Source: an uncultured Steroidobacteraceae bacterium
GTDB taxonomy: Bacteria; Pseudomonadota; Gammaproteobacteria; Steroidobacterales; Steroidobacteraceae
Direction: 5' to 3'
Assembly: GCA_964444835.1 (NCBI GenBank)
Contig: CAYUIT010000016.1
Span: 481 to 64,480, forward strand
Length of the DNA: 64,000 bases
In this document: one piece after another, positions 1 through 9,942 of the stretch
How positions within the stretch are numbered: position 1 is the stretch's first letter
How the letters are laid out: every line of letters starts with the position of its first letter
The notes under the pieces: generated by a model
Seen by the model: the letters and a program-made list of their open reading frames with translations, nothing else
The model's database searches: none
What the model was told of the DNA's origin: nothing
Translations under genes and position numbers: made by a program

Positions 1-438
1 CCGCGGCAGTTGCGCCACGCGAAACAACGACAGCGCCATCGGATACACCGAGAACGCGACGACGAACAAGCTCACGCCACCGTACGTGAGCACTGCACAA
101 GCGAGCACCACGGCGCCGACCGCGTGCCGTGCACCGATGCGTTCGACAATCCACTTGGCGACGGCGTCCGCTGCACCACTCGCCTCCATCACCTTCCCAA
201 ACAGCGAGCCGAGCAAGAACATGAAGAACCAGGCTTGCACAAACCCGACGAAGCCTTGCATGTATGCGGCCGTGAAACTCGGCATGCCCTCGGCAGCGAC
301 TTGCGGGAACAACGCGAAGCCGCTCGCGATCCCGACTAACAATGCGCACAACGGGGCCGCAATCAATAACTCGACGCCACGCATGGTGAACCACACGAGC
401 AGCGCAAGTCCTAACAAGAGACCGAATAGGCTGATCAC
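1..438 (-). CDS. GntP-family permease (possible 3-hydroxybutyrate/organic acid transporter). Only the 5' part is present because the gene runs off the left edge.
   Basis: Absent from the ORF track because no stop lies in the window. My own minus-strand translation from GTG at 438 reads VISLFGLLLGLALLVWFTMRGVELLIAAPLCALLVG...FLLGSLFGKVMEASGAADAVAKWIVERIG...LTYGGVSLFVVAF and stays open to position 1. This is a typical GntP N-terminal region. Confidence 0.65.
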   Translation of the reverse strand, partial: MISLFGLLLGLALLVWFTMRGVELLIAAPLCALLVGIASGFALFPQVAAEGMPSFTAAYMQGFVGFVQAWFFMFLLGSLFGKVMEASGAADAVAKWIVERIGARHAVGAVVLACAVLTYGGVSLFVVAFSVYPMALSLFRVAQLPR

Positions 439-441
439 GAT

Positions 442-2364
442 TTACTCCGGAATCACCAAGCGGCGACCGACAACCTCGATACGGGCAGCATCCGGTACCG
501 CTTGAATTCGCGCATGGACCACTTGACTCGGCGGCAACGGCGTTTGGGTACTGAGCTGCGCGTACAGCGCGTCGAGCGCATCGTTCAAGTGCGGCTGCAT
601 CGGCGTGTAGCTGCCGCGCATGCCCGGCCAGGGCAGGAAGGCATCGAAATGCTGGCCGCGCGCGATCTCGTAGTAGCGCACGTTCAAGCCGCGTTGGCGA
701 GCGGCCACATAGTAGGCGCGCGATGCGAAATTGACGGGCACCAACGCGTCTTGGCGTCCGTGTAACACCACAATAGGACGCTGGCCGACTCTCAGGGTGG
801 CGGCCGTTGCACGAATGCCTGGCTGCACTCGTCGCTTGAGCGCCGCAAGACACTGGATCGCCTCCAAGCTGCGCGCCGCTGCGAGCGAGCGCTGCCCGCT
901 CGCGTCAGTACGCACTAACATCACGCCGAGCGCGGGCGGAATGCCGCTCGCATCGCTGAACGCCATACGCAGTTCGGTGTCAGTCAACGCACGTGGCGCG
1001 CCGGATGCATCGACAGCGGCGAGGCCATAGCCGCAGGGCATCGCATCGATGGGCGCGCGTGCATAGGCGCTCGCGTAGGTCGCCGCCACGCTCAGCGCCA
1101 GCTCGAGTTGCACGTTGAGCGCACCCATCCGCAGCGCTTCGCGCTGCACTCCCGCTGCAATCAACGTGTCGCGCGCGCTCGCCGCTCTAGCTTTTACGGT
1201 GTCGCCCGTCACGAGCCCCGCCGCTGCAAGGCTTGCGCACCATTGCTCGTGCTGCGCCCGACCCAACAATGCGACAGCCGCCAACGGTGCCGTACTGTCA
1301 GGCTCGGCCAGAAATGCGCAGCGCTGCAACTGTGCATGCAGCACGGCGTACTCATACAAGGCCAGCGGCTGAATCACGCTCCGTGCACCGCCCTCTTGCA
1401 GCTCGAACGAGCGCAAGCGTGTGCCGACGTAAACGCTGGGCTCTGCAGCGACCGCGCCGTCAAACAAGCGCCCGCCGTCGGCCTCCATCGCGCGCAGCAC
1501 CGCGCCACCCCCATTCGAAATGCCGGCCGCGATGATGAGTGTGTTCGCAGCAGTGAACCCTTCGGGCCGACGCGCCGCGAACTCTTTCCCTAACCACTCG
1601 AGCGCGACACGTGCAGCACTGACGACATATTCACCCCAGAGCGCCTCCGGGTTGTTACCGGAATGAAAATGCTTCCACAGCACCGCGTGCGGCTCACGCT
1701 GACGCAACGCGACGAGCGCGTGTGCGTCGGTCGGCGCAAACGTCAGGTACGGATCCGCGGGATCGTCGGTCAGCGTGCCATCGATTCGGATACCCAGTGA
1801 ACGATCGACGTCATAAAGACCGGTCCCAGTGCCCTTGTCGCTGTGCGCTACAGCGCACCCGCGGCGCAAGCCCCATTCTCCAGCCGTCGGGAGCGCACCG
1901 TAGATGCCGCGCGACCCTGAGGCGGCCACCACAACCAAACAAGGCTGACTCGGATCGAATGCGCGCGGAATCTGCAGCATCACTGTGCTGCTGCCGCGGC
2001 CGCCCGGTCCGCGCACCGGCGCGAGCAACTCCACCCCGGCAATGCGCAGCCCATCGATCGGCCCGTACGTCGTGCCAAACCCGCCCTCCGCCGACACGTC
2101 GATGAGACCGCGGTAATTCTGATAGATCGCACGCCGTCGAATCTCTTGGCGTGTCGGCTTCGCGGGGTCGGCGAATGTCGGCGCGGCGCCGCGCAGCCCT
2201 TCGGCACCGAGCCCCGCCGTCAGTAGATCGTCGCTTTGCCCGTCCACTTCCAAGCGCAGCGGTGGCGCTAACCACTCTGCTTGGGCAAGCGGGACACCTG
2301 TGACGAGGCTCACGAGCAACAGCGCCGTGCAAAACAACATCGATCGCATGCGGGCCGCCATCAT
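442..2364 (-). CDS. D-(-)-3-hydroxybutyrate oligomer hydrolase family protein, secreted
   Basis: 640 aa ORF with an N-terminal signal peptide (LLLVSLVTGVPLAQA). The N-terminal region (DDLLTAGLG..GLRG....FADP..PT..ELRR.AIY.NYRGL.D) is characteristic of the 3HB-oligomer hydrolase family. Neighbours are a 3HB dehydrogenase and a GntP permease. Confidence 0.75.
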   Translation of the reverse strand: MMAARMRSMLFCTALLLVSLVTGVPLAQAEWLAPPLRLEVDGQSDDLLTAGLGAEGLRGAAPTFADPAKPTRQEIRRRAIYQNYRGLIDVSAEGGFGTTYGPIDGLRIAGVELLAPVRGPGGRGSSTVMLQIPRAFDPSQPCLVVVAASGSRGIYGALPTAGEWGLRRGCAVAHSDKGTGTGLYDVDRSLGIRIDGTLTDDPADPYLTFAPTDAHALVALRQREPHAVLWKHFHSGNNPEALWGEYVVSAARVALEWLGKEFAARRPEGFTAANTLIIAAGISNGGGAVLRAMEADGGRLFDGAVAAEPSVYVGTRLRSFELQEGGARSVIQPLALYEYAVLHAQLQRCAFLAEPDSTAPLAAVALLGRAQHEQWCASLAAAGLVTGDTVKARAASARDTLIAAGVQREALRMGALNVQLELALSVAATYASAYARAPIDAMPCGYGLAAVDASGAPRALTDTELRMAFSDASGIPPALGVMLVRTDASGQRSLAAARSLEAIQCLAALKRRVQPGIRATAATLRVGQRPIVVLHGRQDALVPVNFASRAYYVAARQRGLNVRYYEIARGQHFDAFLPWPGMRGSYTPMQPHLNDALDALYAQLSTQTPLPPSQVVHARIQAVPDAARIEVVGRRLVIPE

Positions 2365-2367
2365 TGC

Positions 2368-3258
2368 CTATCTCCCTTGCGCATAGGCTGCCAAGAAACT
2401 CTCGAGCGCCGTGCGCACGATAGTCTCATCCAGCGTCGGTGCGTGACCGCGCCCTTCCACTAACAACACCTGCAAATCCGGCTTCTGCGCTTGCATCTTC
2501 GCAACAGTTGCTGAGCTCAAGATGTCCGACATCGCACCGCGAATGAGCAGGGTGGGCACGCTGCGCAACGCCGCAAACAGCGGCCATAGGTCCGGCGTTG
2601 GGCCTGCCGCCCGTAACGCCTCACCGAGTCTTGGGTCCATGTCGAGCACGGGCTTGCCTTCACCGTCGTCGCGATACGTGGCGCGCACGAAGCGTTGCCA
2701 GTCTGCTACCGTGAAGTCCGGCAAAGCTGCGCCGTGCAGTATTCGCGATTGCTCGATCGCGTCTTCCCAACTCGTCACGGGCGGCAACTGACCGACATAG
2801 CCCGCGATTCGCGTTGCGCCGCGGGGATCGATCTCGGGCCCGACGTCGTTCAACACGCAGCCCGCCAGCAGCGCGGGCTGCAACATCGCCATCAGCATCG
2901 CAATCAAGCCGCCGAGTGACGTGCCGATCACGACGACTTGCGGGACCCGCAAAGCCTCGAGGATGGCGAATACATCGGCCGCATACTGCATCGGTTGGTA
3001 GCGTGCGACTTGCGAATCCCATTCCGAGCGACCACGGCCACGTAAATCCGGCGTCAGTACGCGGTACTGGGCACTCAGCGCGGCGGCAAGCGGCTCGAAG
3101 TCGCGGCTGTTGCGCGTCAACCCGGGCAAACACAAGACCGCGGGACGACCCGCCTGTGCTGCTGCGCGCCGGTAGTCGCGGCAGTACAGCTTGAGGCCGT
3201 CGCGTGCCGGCAGATAGTGCTCGTCAAACGATACGGCTTCAGGCACGTGGGGCTCCAT
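2368..3258 (-). CDS. alpha/beta-fold hydrolase
   Basis: The ORF track gives 2368..3474, but I prefer the internal ATG at 3258 (MEPHVPEAVSFDEHYLPARDG...). It has the nucleophile elbow GTSLGG and a C-terminal GRGHAP motif. The upstream extension overlaps the ligase gene. Confidence 0.75.
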   Translation of the reverse strand: MEPHVPEAVSFDEHYLPARDGLKLYCRDYRRAAAQAGRPAVLCLPGLTRNSRDFEPLAAALSAQYRVLTPDLRGRGRSEWDSQVARYQPMQYAADVFAILEALRVPQVVVIGTSLGGLIAMLMAMLQPALLAGCVLNDVGPEIDPRGATRIAGYVGQLPPVTSWEDAIEQSRILHGAALPDFTVADWQRFVRATYRDDGEGKPVLDMDPRLGEALRAAGPTPDLWPLFAALRSVPTLLIRGAMSDILSSATVAKMQAQKPDLQVLLVEGRGHAPTLDETIVRTALESFLAAYAQGR

Positions 3259-4825
3259 ACACACTGCGCAATTCGCGCTTGAGTATCTTGCCATTGGGAT
3301 TGCGCGGCAGCGCATCGACGAGCACGACGTCGGCGATTCGTTGTTGCCGTCCGACGCGTTCGTTAGTCCAATCCCGTAGCAGGCTGCGGAGAGCATCGAC
3401 TGACTCCAGCGGCGCGCTCCGCGGCACGACGATGGCAAGCGGCGTTTCGCCCCACTTCTCACTCGGTACGCCAATCACGGCGACCTCACTCACCTGCGGA
3501 TGCTGCAGCAGCACCGTCTCAATATCGGCGGGATAGATGTTCTGGCCGCCCGAGATGATCATGTCCTTCTTGCGATCGACCAGATACAAGAAACCATCTG
3601 CGTCGACACGCCCGACATCGCCCGTGCGCAACCAACGTCGTCCCGCAGTATCGACCCAGGTGGCCTCGGCATTCGCATCGTCGCGATGCAGATAGCCAGC
3701 CATGACGATGCGGCCACGGCTCACGATCTCGCCCGCGACACCTGGCGGCACTTCGCAATTGGATTCGTCGAGGATCTTGATATCGGTGCCCGGCAGCGGT
3801 CGCCCGACGGACGCGATCTTGTCGAACGCATCCTCTGGCGCGAGCGTTGTGATGACTCCCTCCGTTAGGCCATACAACTCGATAAACTGACAACCCAGTT
3901 CGCCCAATGCACGACGTTTCAGTGCTTCCGGCATCGGTGAGCCGCAGCACATGAGGCTTTGCAACGAGCGCAAGTCGTGCCGCGCGAAATCCGGATGCTC
4001 GAGCAAGCGTTGGTATTGCAGTGGCACCATTGAGCCGTGCGTGACGCGCTCGCGCTCGATCGTGGCCAACGTGCGTGCCGCGTCGAAACCCGCTTCGATC
4101 ACCAGCGTGCCGCCCACCAAGATCGTCGACAACATGCTGGCCCAGCTGATATTCGAATACAGCCCGAGGTTGCACAATGTGACCGCACCGCTGTGGTAGC
4201 GCAGCGCAAGCGCGATGTCGCTGGCCCAATCGAGTCGGCGGCGGTGCGTGTGCACGATGCCTTTCGGCAAGCCCGTGGTGCCGGAGCTGTAAATGATGTT
4301 GCAAGGTGCGTCTGGATCGATGCTCGTTAGCGGCGTCGCATCGCCGACCGCTGCCTGCAACCAATCGCTGAACACTTGCCACGGCGGCGCGCCCGCAATC
4401 GGCGGACCCACAGGCTCGACTGCGATCCACTGCCGGACGCCGTGGGCACCGCGGCCGTTCAGCGTAAAGCGCGCGCAATGCTCGTGCGAAGCGATGACCA
4501 CGGTCGCCGCACAATCCTCCAGCATCGCACCCATCGCCGCATCGCTGACCGACACGTTCAACGGCACAACGACGCAACCAGCACGCATCGCGCCAAACAT
4601 GGCGACCGCCATCTCGATGCCGTTACGCATCACGACGAGCACGGCATCGCCCGAGTGTGCGCCTGAGGCACGCAGCGCCCGCGCAACGCGCTCGCACTCG
4701 CTCGCGAACTGCCGCCAGCTCAGGCGTTGCTCGTCGCACACGAGCGCTGCCCGTGAGCCACGCCAGCGCCCCTGCAGATCGATCAGCTCTGGCAGCAGCA
4801 GCGGCGGCGCGTCGAACCAAGCCAT
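3239..4825 (-). CDS. AMP-forming acyl-CoA synthetase/ligase
   Basis: 528 aa with the AMP-binding signature YSSGTTGLPKG, TGDVG..D.DGFLY.VDRKKDMIISGG.NIYP and a C-terminal PRNP.GKILKRELR motif. Confidence 0.85.
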   Translation of the reverse strand: MAWFDAPPLLLPELIDLQGRWRGSRAALVCDEQRLSWRQFASECERVARALRASGAHSGDAVLVVMRNGIEMAVAMFGAMRAGCVVVPLNVSVSDAAMGAMLEDCAATVVIASHEHCARFTLNGRGAHGVRQWIAVEPVGPPIAGAPPWQVFSDWLQAAVGDATPLTSIDPDAPCNIIYSSGTTGLPKGIVHTHRRRLDWASDIALALRYHSGAVTLCNLGLYSNISWASMLSTILVGGTLVIEAGFDAARTLATIERERVTHGSMVPLQYQRLLEHPDFARHDLRSLQSLMCCGSPMPEALKRRALGELGCQFIELYGLTEGVITTLAPEDAFDKIASVGRPLPGTDIKILDESNCEVPPGVAGEIVSRGRIVMAGYLHRDDANAEATWVDTAGRRWLRTGDVGRVDADGFLYLVDRKKDMIISGGQNIYPADIETVLLQHPQVSEVAVIGVPSEKWGETPLAIVVPRSAPLESVDALRSLLRDWTNERVGRQQRIADVVLVDALPRNPNGKILKRELRSVYGAPRA

Positions 4826-4855
4826 TGCACGCGCCTCAGCGAGTTGTTAGTCGGG

Positions 4856-7126
4856 TTAGAACTTGTAGGCGAGCGTCGCCGTGATCGTCCGCGGGTTACC
4901 GTAGAACGCCAGCACCGAGTTGTCCGTGGCTGCGCCCGGGAAGTTGTAGCCCGAGGTGATATAGCGCTCGTCGCCCAAGTTGCGGCCTTGGATACCGAGA
5001 CGCCAGTGGTCATCGTCCGACGTCCAGTTGATCGCCGCATCCACGAGCCAATACGCCTCTTGATCGAGCAGCGGAATGGCAAATTCGAACTGCTGCGTGA
5101 AGCCGCGATAGGCGCCCGAGCCCGTGAAGGACACCGCACCACCTTTGCCGAACAACGAGAGCGGCACGCTGTAGGTGAGGCTCAAGTTACCCGTCCAATC
5201 CGGCGTGTTCTGCACATCGCGCTGCGACGACACGTCCACGTTATTCAAAATGAACTCGGTGTATTCCGCGTCGATGTAGCCGACCGAGAGTGCGCCCGAA
5301 AAGCGGTCCGTGAACCGCATCGTGCTCTCGAACTCGATGCCCTTGATCTCCGCAGCACCGGCGTTCGTCAACGTGCCAACGAAGGAAACCGGCGGTCCGG
5401 GAATGATCACCGATCCTGGAATTTGCACGTCTTCGTAGTCGGCGAAGAACACCGCCGTGTTCATCGTGGCGCGGCCATCAAACAACGTCGACTTCGCGCC
5501 GAGTTCATAAGAATTGACGAACTCGGGCAGGAACCCGGCGCGTACATCGGCGTTGGCGAAGTTACCGCGCGGATCGAAGCCGCCGCCCTTGAAGCCCTCA
5601 GAGTACGACGCGTAGAGATTCAGCGTTTCGAAGGGTTGCCACGCCGCAATGAAGCGCGGCGTAAAGTCGGTGTCGGTCCGCTCACCGAGGAACTGTGGCA
5701 CCACTTGCTGGCCGCTAACGACCACGGGCACGGTGATGCTCACGGCGGCGGGGTTGCCAAACAACGGTGAATTCACGCCGAGGAATGTCTGCCGAACGAT
5801 TCGCGAGCGTCGCTCGTCATCGGTGTAACGGCCGCCGAAGGTCAGGCTCACCGTGTCCGTAACATCCCAGGTCGCCTCACCGAACAGCGCCCATGTCTTC
5901 GTATCGACATCACCGACCGTTAGCTGCGTGACTGAGGTGAAGACGACGTCGAACTGGTTGTAGGCATTGGCGTCGAGGTAGTAAGCACCGCCGACCACCG
6001 TAAGCCGCTCGCCGGAGTACACGAGCTGGAACTCTTGGCTGAACTGCTCGTTCGTGTAGATGACCGGCGCGTCGAACGTGCGCGGCCCCGTGGAATCGAA
6101 GTCGATCGGCGAGTCCGAATCGTCCTCGCGATACGCCGTGATGGAACGGAATAGCCACTGGTCGTTCACAGTCCAGTCGAAGCGCAGTTGACCGCCAAAT
6201 GAATCGACCTTGTTGCGACGAATCGGGCCGAGATTGGTGATGCCGGCCGTCGTGTTGAAGTCGTCACCCAGCAATTGCTGCTGGGCGGTCGATACGGTGG
6301 GCAGCAAACGATAGCCGTGGCGCGGCGACGAATCGTCGGTGGTGTTATCCGCCGAGAAGGCAATGCGCAGCGCATCCGTCGGCTCGAACTCGAGCGACAC
6401 GCGTGCTGCGAGCACGTCCTTGTCGTAGTTCTCCTCGCCGGTGGTGAGGTTGGTGCCGAAGCCGTCGCGCTGTAGCAGTGCAATCGCACCGCCGAAACGG
6501 AAGCGATCGTTCACGGGTGTCGACGCACTGAACACCGCATCGCGCTGCCGGTAGCTACCGACTGACAACCGCGCATTGAGCGTCGGCTCGTTCGGATTGA
6601 TCCGCCGTGTGACGTACTTGACGGCACCACCGATCGTGTTGCGCCCATACAGCGTGCCCTGCGGTCCGCGCAAGATCTCGATGCGCTCGACGTCGTACAC
6701 ATCGAGCACGGCACCTTGCGGACGATTGAGATACACATCGTCGAGATAGATGCCCACACCTTGCTCGAAGCCTGCCACGGGATCTTGCTGACCGACGCCG
6801 CGGATGAAGGCCGTGAGTGTCGAATTCGTGGCGCGCGACGTTTCGAATGTGACGTTCGGCGTGGATTGCGTGATCGCCGTAATGTCTTGCGCGCCGATGC
6901 TCTCGAGCTCTGCACCCGAGATTGAAGTGACTGCAATGGGGACTTCTTGCAAGGATTCTTCGCGGCGGCGCGCGGTCACCGTGATCTCTTCGAGACCGGC
7001 GTCAGCGCCCTCCGCTGCGGGATCCTGCGCGTGCGCGGGCTGCAGACCGGCAGCGAGCAACAGCGCCGTGGCGGCCACTGCGCCTCCGAGTGTTTGAAGC
7101 GGCAACAGGCGAGCGCGAGACGTCAT
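4856..7126 (-). CDS. TonB-dependent receptor
   Basis: 756 aa with a signal peptide, a plug domain (ITVTARRREESLQEVPIAVT...IEILRGPQGTLYGRNTIGGAV) and a C-terminal aromatic residue (..TLAYKF). Confidence 0.9.
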   Translation of the reverse strand: MTSRARLLPLQTLGGAVAATALLLAAGLQPAHAQDPAAEGADAGLEEITVTARRREESLQEVPIAVTSISGAELESIGAQDITAITQSTPNVTFETSRATNSTLTAFIRGVGQQDPVAGFEQGVGIYLDDVYLNRPQGAVLDVYDVERIEILRGPQGTLYGRNTIGGAVKYVTRRINPNEPTLNARLSVGSYRQRDAVFSASTPVNDRFRFGGAIALLQRDGFGTNLTTGEENYDKDVLAARVSLEFEPTDALRIAFSADNTTDDSSPRHGYRLLPTVSTAQQQLLGDDFNTTAGITNLGPIRRNKVDSFGGQLRFDWTVNDQWLFRSITAYREDDSDSPIDFDSTGPRTFDAPVIYTNEQFSQEFQLVYSGERLTVVGGAYYLDANAYNQFDVVFTSVTQLTVGDVDTKTWALFGEATWDVTDTVSLTFGGRYTDDERRSRIVRQTFLGVNSPLFGNPAAVSITVPVVVSGQQVVPQFLGERTDTDFTPRFIAAWQPFETLNLYASYSEGFKGGGFDPRGNFANADVRAGFLPEFVNSYELGAKSTLFDGRATMNTAVFFADYEDVQIPGSVIIPGPPVSFVGTLTNAGAAEIKGIEFESTMRFTDRFSGALSVGYIDAEYTEFILNNVDVSSQRDVQNTPDWTGNLSLTYSVPLSLFGKGGAVSFTGSGAYRGFTQQFEFAIPLLDQEAYWLVDAAINWTSDDDHWRLGIQGRNLGDERYITSGYNFPGAATDNSVLAFYGNPRTITATLAYKF

Positions 7127-7141
7127 AATCGTTCCCCTCTA

Positions 7142-7179
7142 TTCAACGATTGCTGAAATCTAGTTCAACAGTTGTTGAA
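7142..7179. promoter_or_regulatory. Two tandem 16-bp palindromes (TTCAAC-N4-GYTGAA). Candidate TetR operator pair in the divergent promoter region.
   Basis: TTCAACGATTGCTGAA at 7142-7157 (5/6 arm match) and TTCAACAGTTGTTGAA at 7164-7179 (6/6 arm match). They lie between the TonB-dependent receptor start (7126) and the TetR start (7253). Confidence 0.35.
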
Positions 7180-7252
7180 AAACAAGTCCCGATTGCGCGC
7201 CCTGCGATGGTGCGCCAAACTAGCCACGCTGTTGCGCCGCTACGGATATCGG

Positions 7253-8014
7253 ATGAGTGCTGCCAAGAAATCCAGTCGAGCCCGCAGCGCGCAACCGCCA
7301 GCCCGCCGGCCGCGCGGGCCGCGCGCCACGGGCGCACCTGCCACCCGCGACCAAATCCTGGACGCCGCCGAGCGCCTGTTTGCGGAGCGCGGCTTTCACG
7401 GCGTGTCGGTACGCGAAATCACGCAAGCGGCTGGTGTCGACGTGGCGCTGGTCAACTACCACTTCGGCAACAAGCGTGCGCTGTACGAAACCACGCTCGG
7501 GCGACGTGCGCAGTTGCTCAACGACGAGCGCCTCTCGCGACTGCAAGACTGCATCGCGCGTTCCGCCCCGAATCCTCCTGACCTTGCGAGTATCGTCGAC
7601 GCGTTTACGCATCCCTTGCTCGATCGTTCAGCGCGCGGTGGCCCGGGCTGGAAGGCGTACTTTGCGCTCGTCGCGCAGGTTAACAACTCACCCGAGTTCG
7701 GCGGCAAGTTGATGACGAAGTCGTTCGATGAAGTCGTACACGCATTTATCGAGGCGATCCGCAGTGCCTTGCCAGGCTGCGATGACCGCGACCTCTATTG
7801 GAGTTATCACTTCCTGTCGGGCGCTCTCACCTTGACGTTCGCGGAGACCGGCCGCATCGATAATTTGTCAGGTGGCGTGTGTCGCTCGGCGGATCTCGAA
7901 AGCGTGCACCGTCGCCTCGTACCGTTCATCGCCGCAGGCTTCCGTGCACTGTGCGCCGACTCCGCCAAAGCTTCGGTGTCGCGCGCTCGACCGTCGCGGC
8001 GCAACACCCGATGA
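7253..8014 (+). CDS. TetR-family transcriptional regulator
   Basis: HTH region ILDAAERLFAERGFHGVSVREITQAAGVDVALVNYHFGNKRALY. I chose the ATG at 7253 rather than the alternative start at 7172, which would cover the operator-like palindromes. Confidence 0.85.
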   Translation: MSAAKKSSRARSAQPPARRPRGPRATGAPATRDQILDAAERLFAERGFHGVSVREITQAAGVDVALVNYHFGNKRALYETTLGRRAQLLNDERLSRLQDCIARSAPNPPDLASIVDAFTHPLLDRSARGGPGWKAYFALVAQVNNSPEFGGKLMTKSFDEVVHAFIEAIRSALPGCDDRDLYWSYHFLSGALTLTFAETGRIDNLSGGVCRSADLESVHRRLVPFIAAGFRALCADSAKASVSRARPSRRNTR

Positions 8015-8775
8015 ACGCGCGCATCGCATTAGTGACGGGCGCCGGCAGCGGCATCGGTCGTGGATTGGCACAACAACTGGGCGCCGCAGGCTTCACCATC
8101 GCCGTCACGGATCTTGACGGCACGGCAGCAACTGCCACCGCCGATTCAATCCGCGCGCGCGGCGGACAGGCCACGTCTCACGCCATGGACGTCACCGATG
8201 AGACCAGCATTGCGCGCGCAGTCGGCGAGTTGCCGCGAGCTGTTAGCCTGCTCGTCAACAACGCCGGGTTCCAACACGTCGCGCCGCTCGAGAGCTTTGG
8301 CATGGAGCGTTTCGCCCGCATGATCGATGTCATGCTAACCGGCGCGGCGCGCTGCTGTGCGGCGGTGTTGCCAGGGATGCGCGCAACCGGCTTCGGCCGC
8401 ATCGTCACGATTGGCTCGATTCATTCGCTCGTCGCTTCGCCCTATAAGAGCGCGTACGTCGCCGCGAAGCACGGCCTTGTCGGTTTCACACGCACGCTCG
8501 CGCTCGAAACAGCGGATACGGATATCACGGTCAACCTCGTGTGCCCGGCCTATGTCCGCACGCCGCTCGTCGATGCCCAAGTGGCTGCGCAGGCGGCCAC
8601 TCGCGGCATCGCGCCGGAGGCGGTCATCGACGACATCATGCTGCGGCCCATGCCAAAGCACCGCTTCGTGGAGATCGACGAAATCGCCGCTACCATCGCA
8701 TTCCTCGCCAGCGACGCCGCGCGTAACATCACGGGTCAGGCCATTGCGATCGACGGCGGATGGACGGCGCAGTAA
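8011..8775 (+). CDS. bdhA: 3-hydroxybutyrate dehydrogenase-like short-chain dehydrogenase
   Basis: Starts MNARIALVTGAGSGIGRG. NNAGFQHVAPLE, KSAYVAAKHGLVGFTR and a C-terminal IDGGWTAQ closely follow the BdhA pattern. The ATG at 8011 overlaps the TetR stop. Confidence 0.8.
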   Translation: MNARIALVTGAGSGIGRGLAQQLGAAGFTIAVTDLDGTAATATADSIRARGGQATSHAMDVTDETSIARAVGELPRAVSLLVNNAGFQHVAPLESFGMERFARMIDVMLTGAARCCAAVLPGMRATGFGRIVTIGSIHSLVASPYKSAYVAAKHGLVGFTRTLALETADTDITVNLVCPAYVRTPLVDAQVAAQAATRGIAPEAVIDDIMLRPMPKHRFVEIDEIAATIAFLASDAARNITGQAIAIDGGWTAQ

Positions 8776-9938
8776 CTCCTCATGCTCTGATCGTCGGCGC
8801 CGGCATCGGCGGTTTAGCGGCAGCGCTCGCCCTGCAGCGTGCAGGCCAGCGCGTCACGGTGCTCGAATCTGCGGCCGAGCTCGGCGACGTGGGCGCCGGC
8901 TTGTCGATTACGCCGAACGCGAGCCTCGCATTGGCTGCGCTCGGACTCGCGCCCGCTCTCGAGAATATTGGCAGTATCCCGCGCGCTGGCGCCGTGCGGC
9001 ACTACCAGTCGGGTGCCACGCTCGTAGCACTGCACCAAGACGCCAGTCGTGAGCGCTATGGCGCACCCCTCTATCACGTGCATCGTGCCGATCTGCATCG
9101 CGTACTCGCGGACGCCGTGCGAGAACGCGACGCCCATTGCATTCGCACTAACAGCACGGTGGTCGCTTACGACGCGACCGCGGACCAGGTGAGCGTCACG
9201 CTAGCGGACGGCTCACACGTGCGCGGCGACTGGTTAGTAGGCTGTGATGGCATTCGCTCAACGATTCGCACGCGCATGCGGGGACCGGAACGCGCTCACT
9301 TCACAGGCTTCGTCGCTTGGCGCGGCGTCGTGGATACGGTGCGAATTGCAGAATCGCTCTGCGATCCGCCGTTATGCATGACGGTTGGACCGCGGCGGCT
9401 CGTCATGCGCTACCTCCTGCGCCGCGGAACGCAGCTGAACATCGTCGCGGTGGCTCGACGTGATGCTTGGACCGAAGAGGGCTGGTCGGTCGCGGCGGAG
9501 CGCGACGAATTGCTCACCGAATTCGCCGACTTTGAGCCGCATACGCGCGACCTATTGGCCGCGATCCCTGCCGAGCGCTGTTTCAAATGGGGCTTGTTTG
9601 ATCGCGACCCGCTACCCGTTTGGAGCATGCACCTGTGTACCTTGTTAGGCGATGCAGCACATCCCATGCCACCGTTCACAGGGCAAGGCGCGGTGATGGC
9701 GCTCGAAGATGCCGTGGTGCTTGGGCGCGCCGCCGCAGCCAGCCCTCATCCATCCGAGGCGTGTCGCCGCTACGAAGCCGCGCGTCGCCCGCGTGTCGAT
9801 GCGGTCCTGGCAATGTCGCGCGCGCGGGCGAATTTGTACTTTGCCGACGACCCTGCCGCGCAAGTTCAAGCGCTCGGTCAGGGCATGGCGGAATTACGGA
9901 CGCTGTACACCTACAACGCCGGCACGGTCGCGATTTGA
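8760..9938 (+). CDS. FAD-dependent aromatic-ring monooxygenase (salicylate/3-hydroxybenzoate hydroxylase-like)
   Basis: 392 aa with the FAD motif IVGAGIGGLAAALAL, then DG.RS..R and the C-terminal motif LLGDAAHPMPPFTGQGAVMALEDA. Confidence 0.8.
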   Translation: MDGAVTPHALIVGAGIGGLAAALALQRAGQRVTVLESAAELGDVGAGLSITPNASLALAALGLAPALENIGSIPRAGAVRHYQSGATLVALHQDASRERYGAPLYHVHRADLHRVLADAVRERDAHCIRTNSTVVAYDATADQVSVTLADGSHVRGDWLVGCDGIRSTIRTRMRGPERAHFTGFVAWRGVVDTVRIAESLCDPPLCMTVGPRRLVMRYLLRRGTQLNIVAVARRDAWTEEGWSVAAERDELLTEFADFEPHTRDLLAAIPAERCFKWGLFDRDPLPVWSMHLCTLLGDAAHPMPPFTGQGAVMALEDAVVLGRAAAASPHPSEACRRYEAARRPRVDAVLAMSRARANLYFADDPAAQVQALGQGMAELRTLYTYNAGTVAI

Positions 9939-9942
9939 GCGC

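Noticed and set aside
4844-5770. Long + strand ORF (308 aa) and many similar 100-400 aa ORFs antisense to annotated genes, such as 12759..14003, 32455..33567, 45523..46620 and 3519..4577
   Set aside because: These are typical high-GC shadow ORFs. Their translations are Arg/Ala/Pro-rich with no recognisable domains, and they lie entirely inside strongly supported genes on the opposite strand or in another frame.
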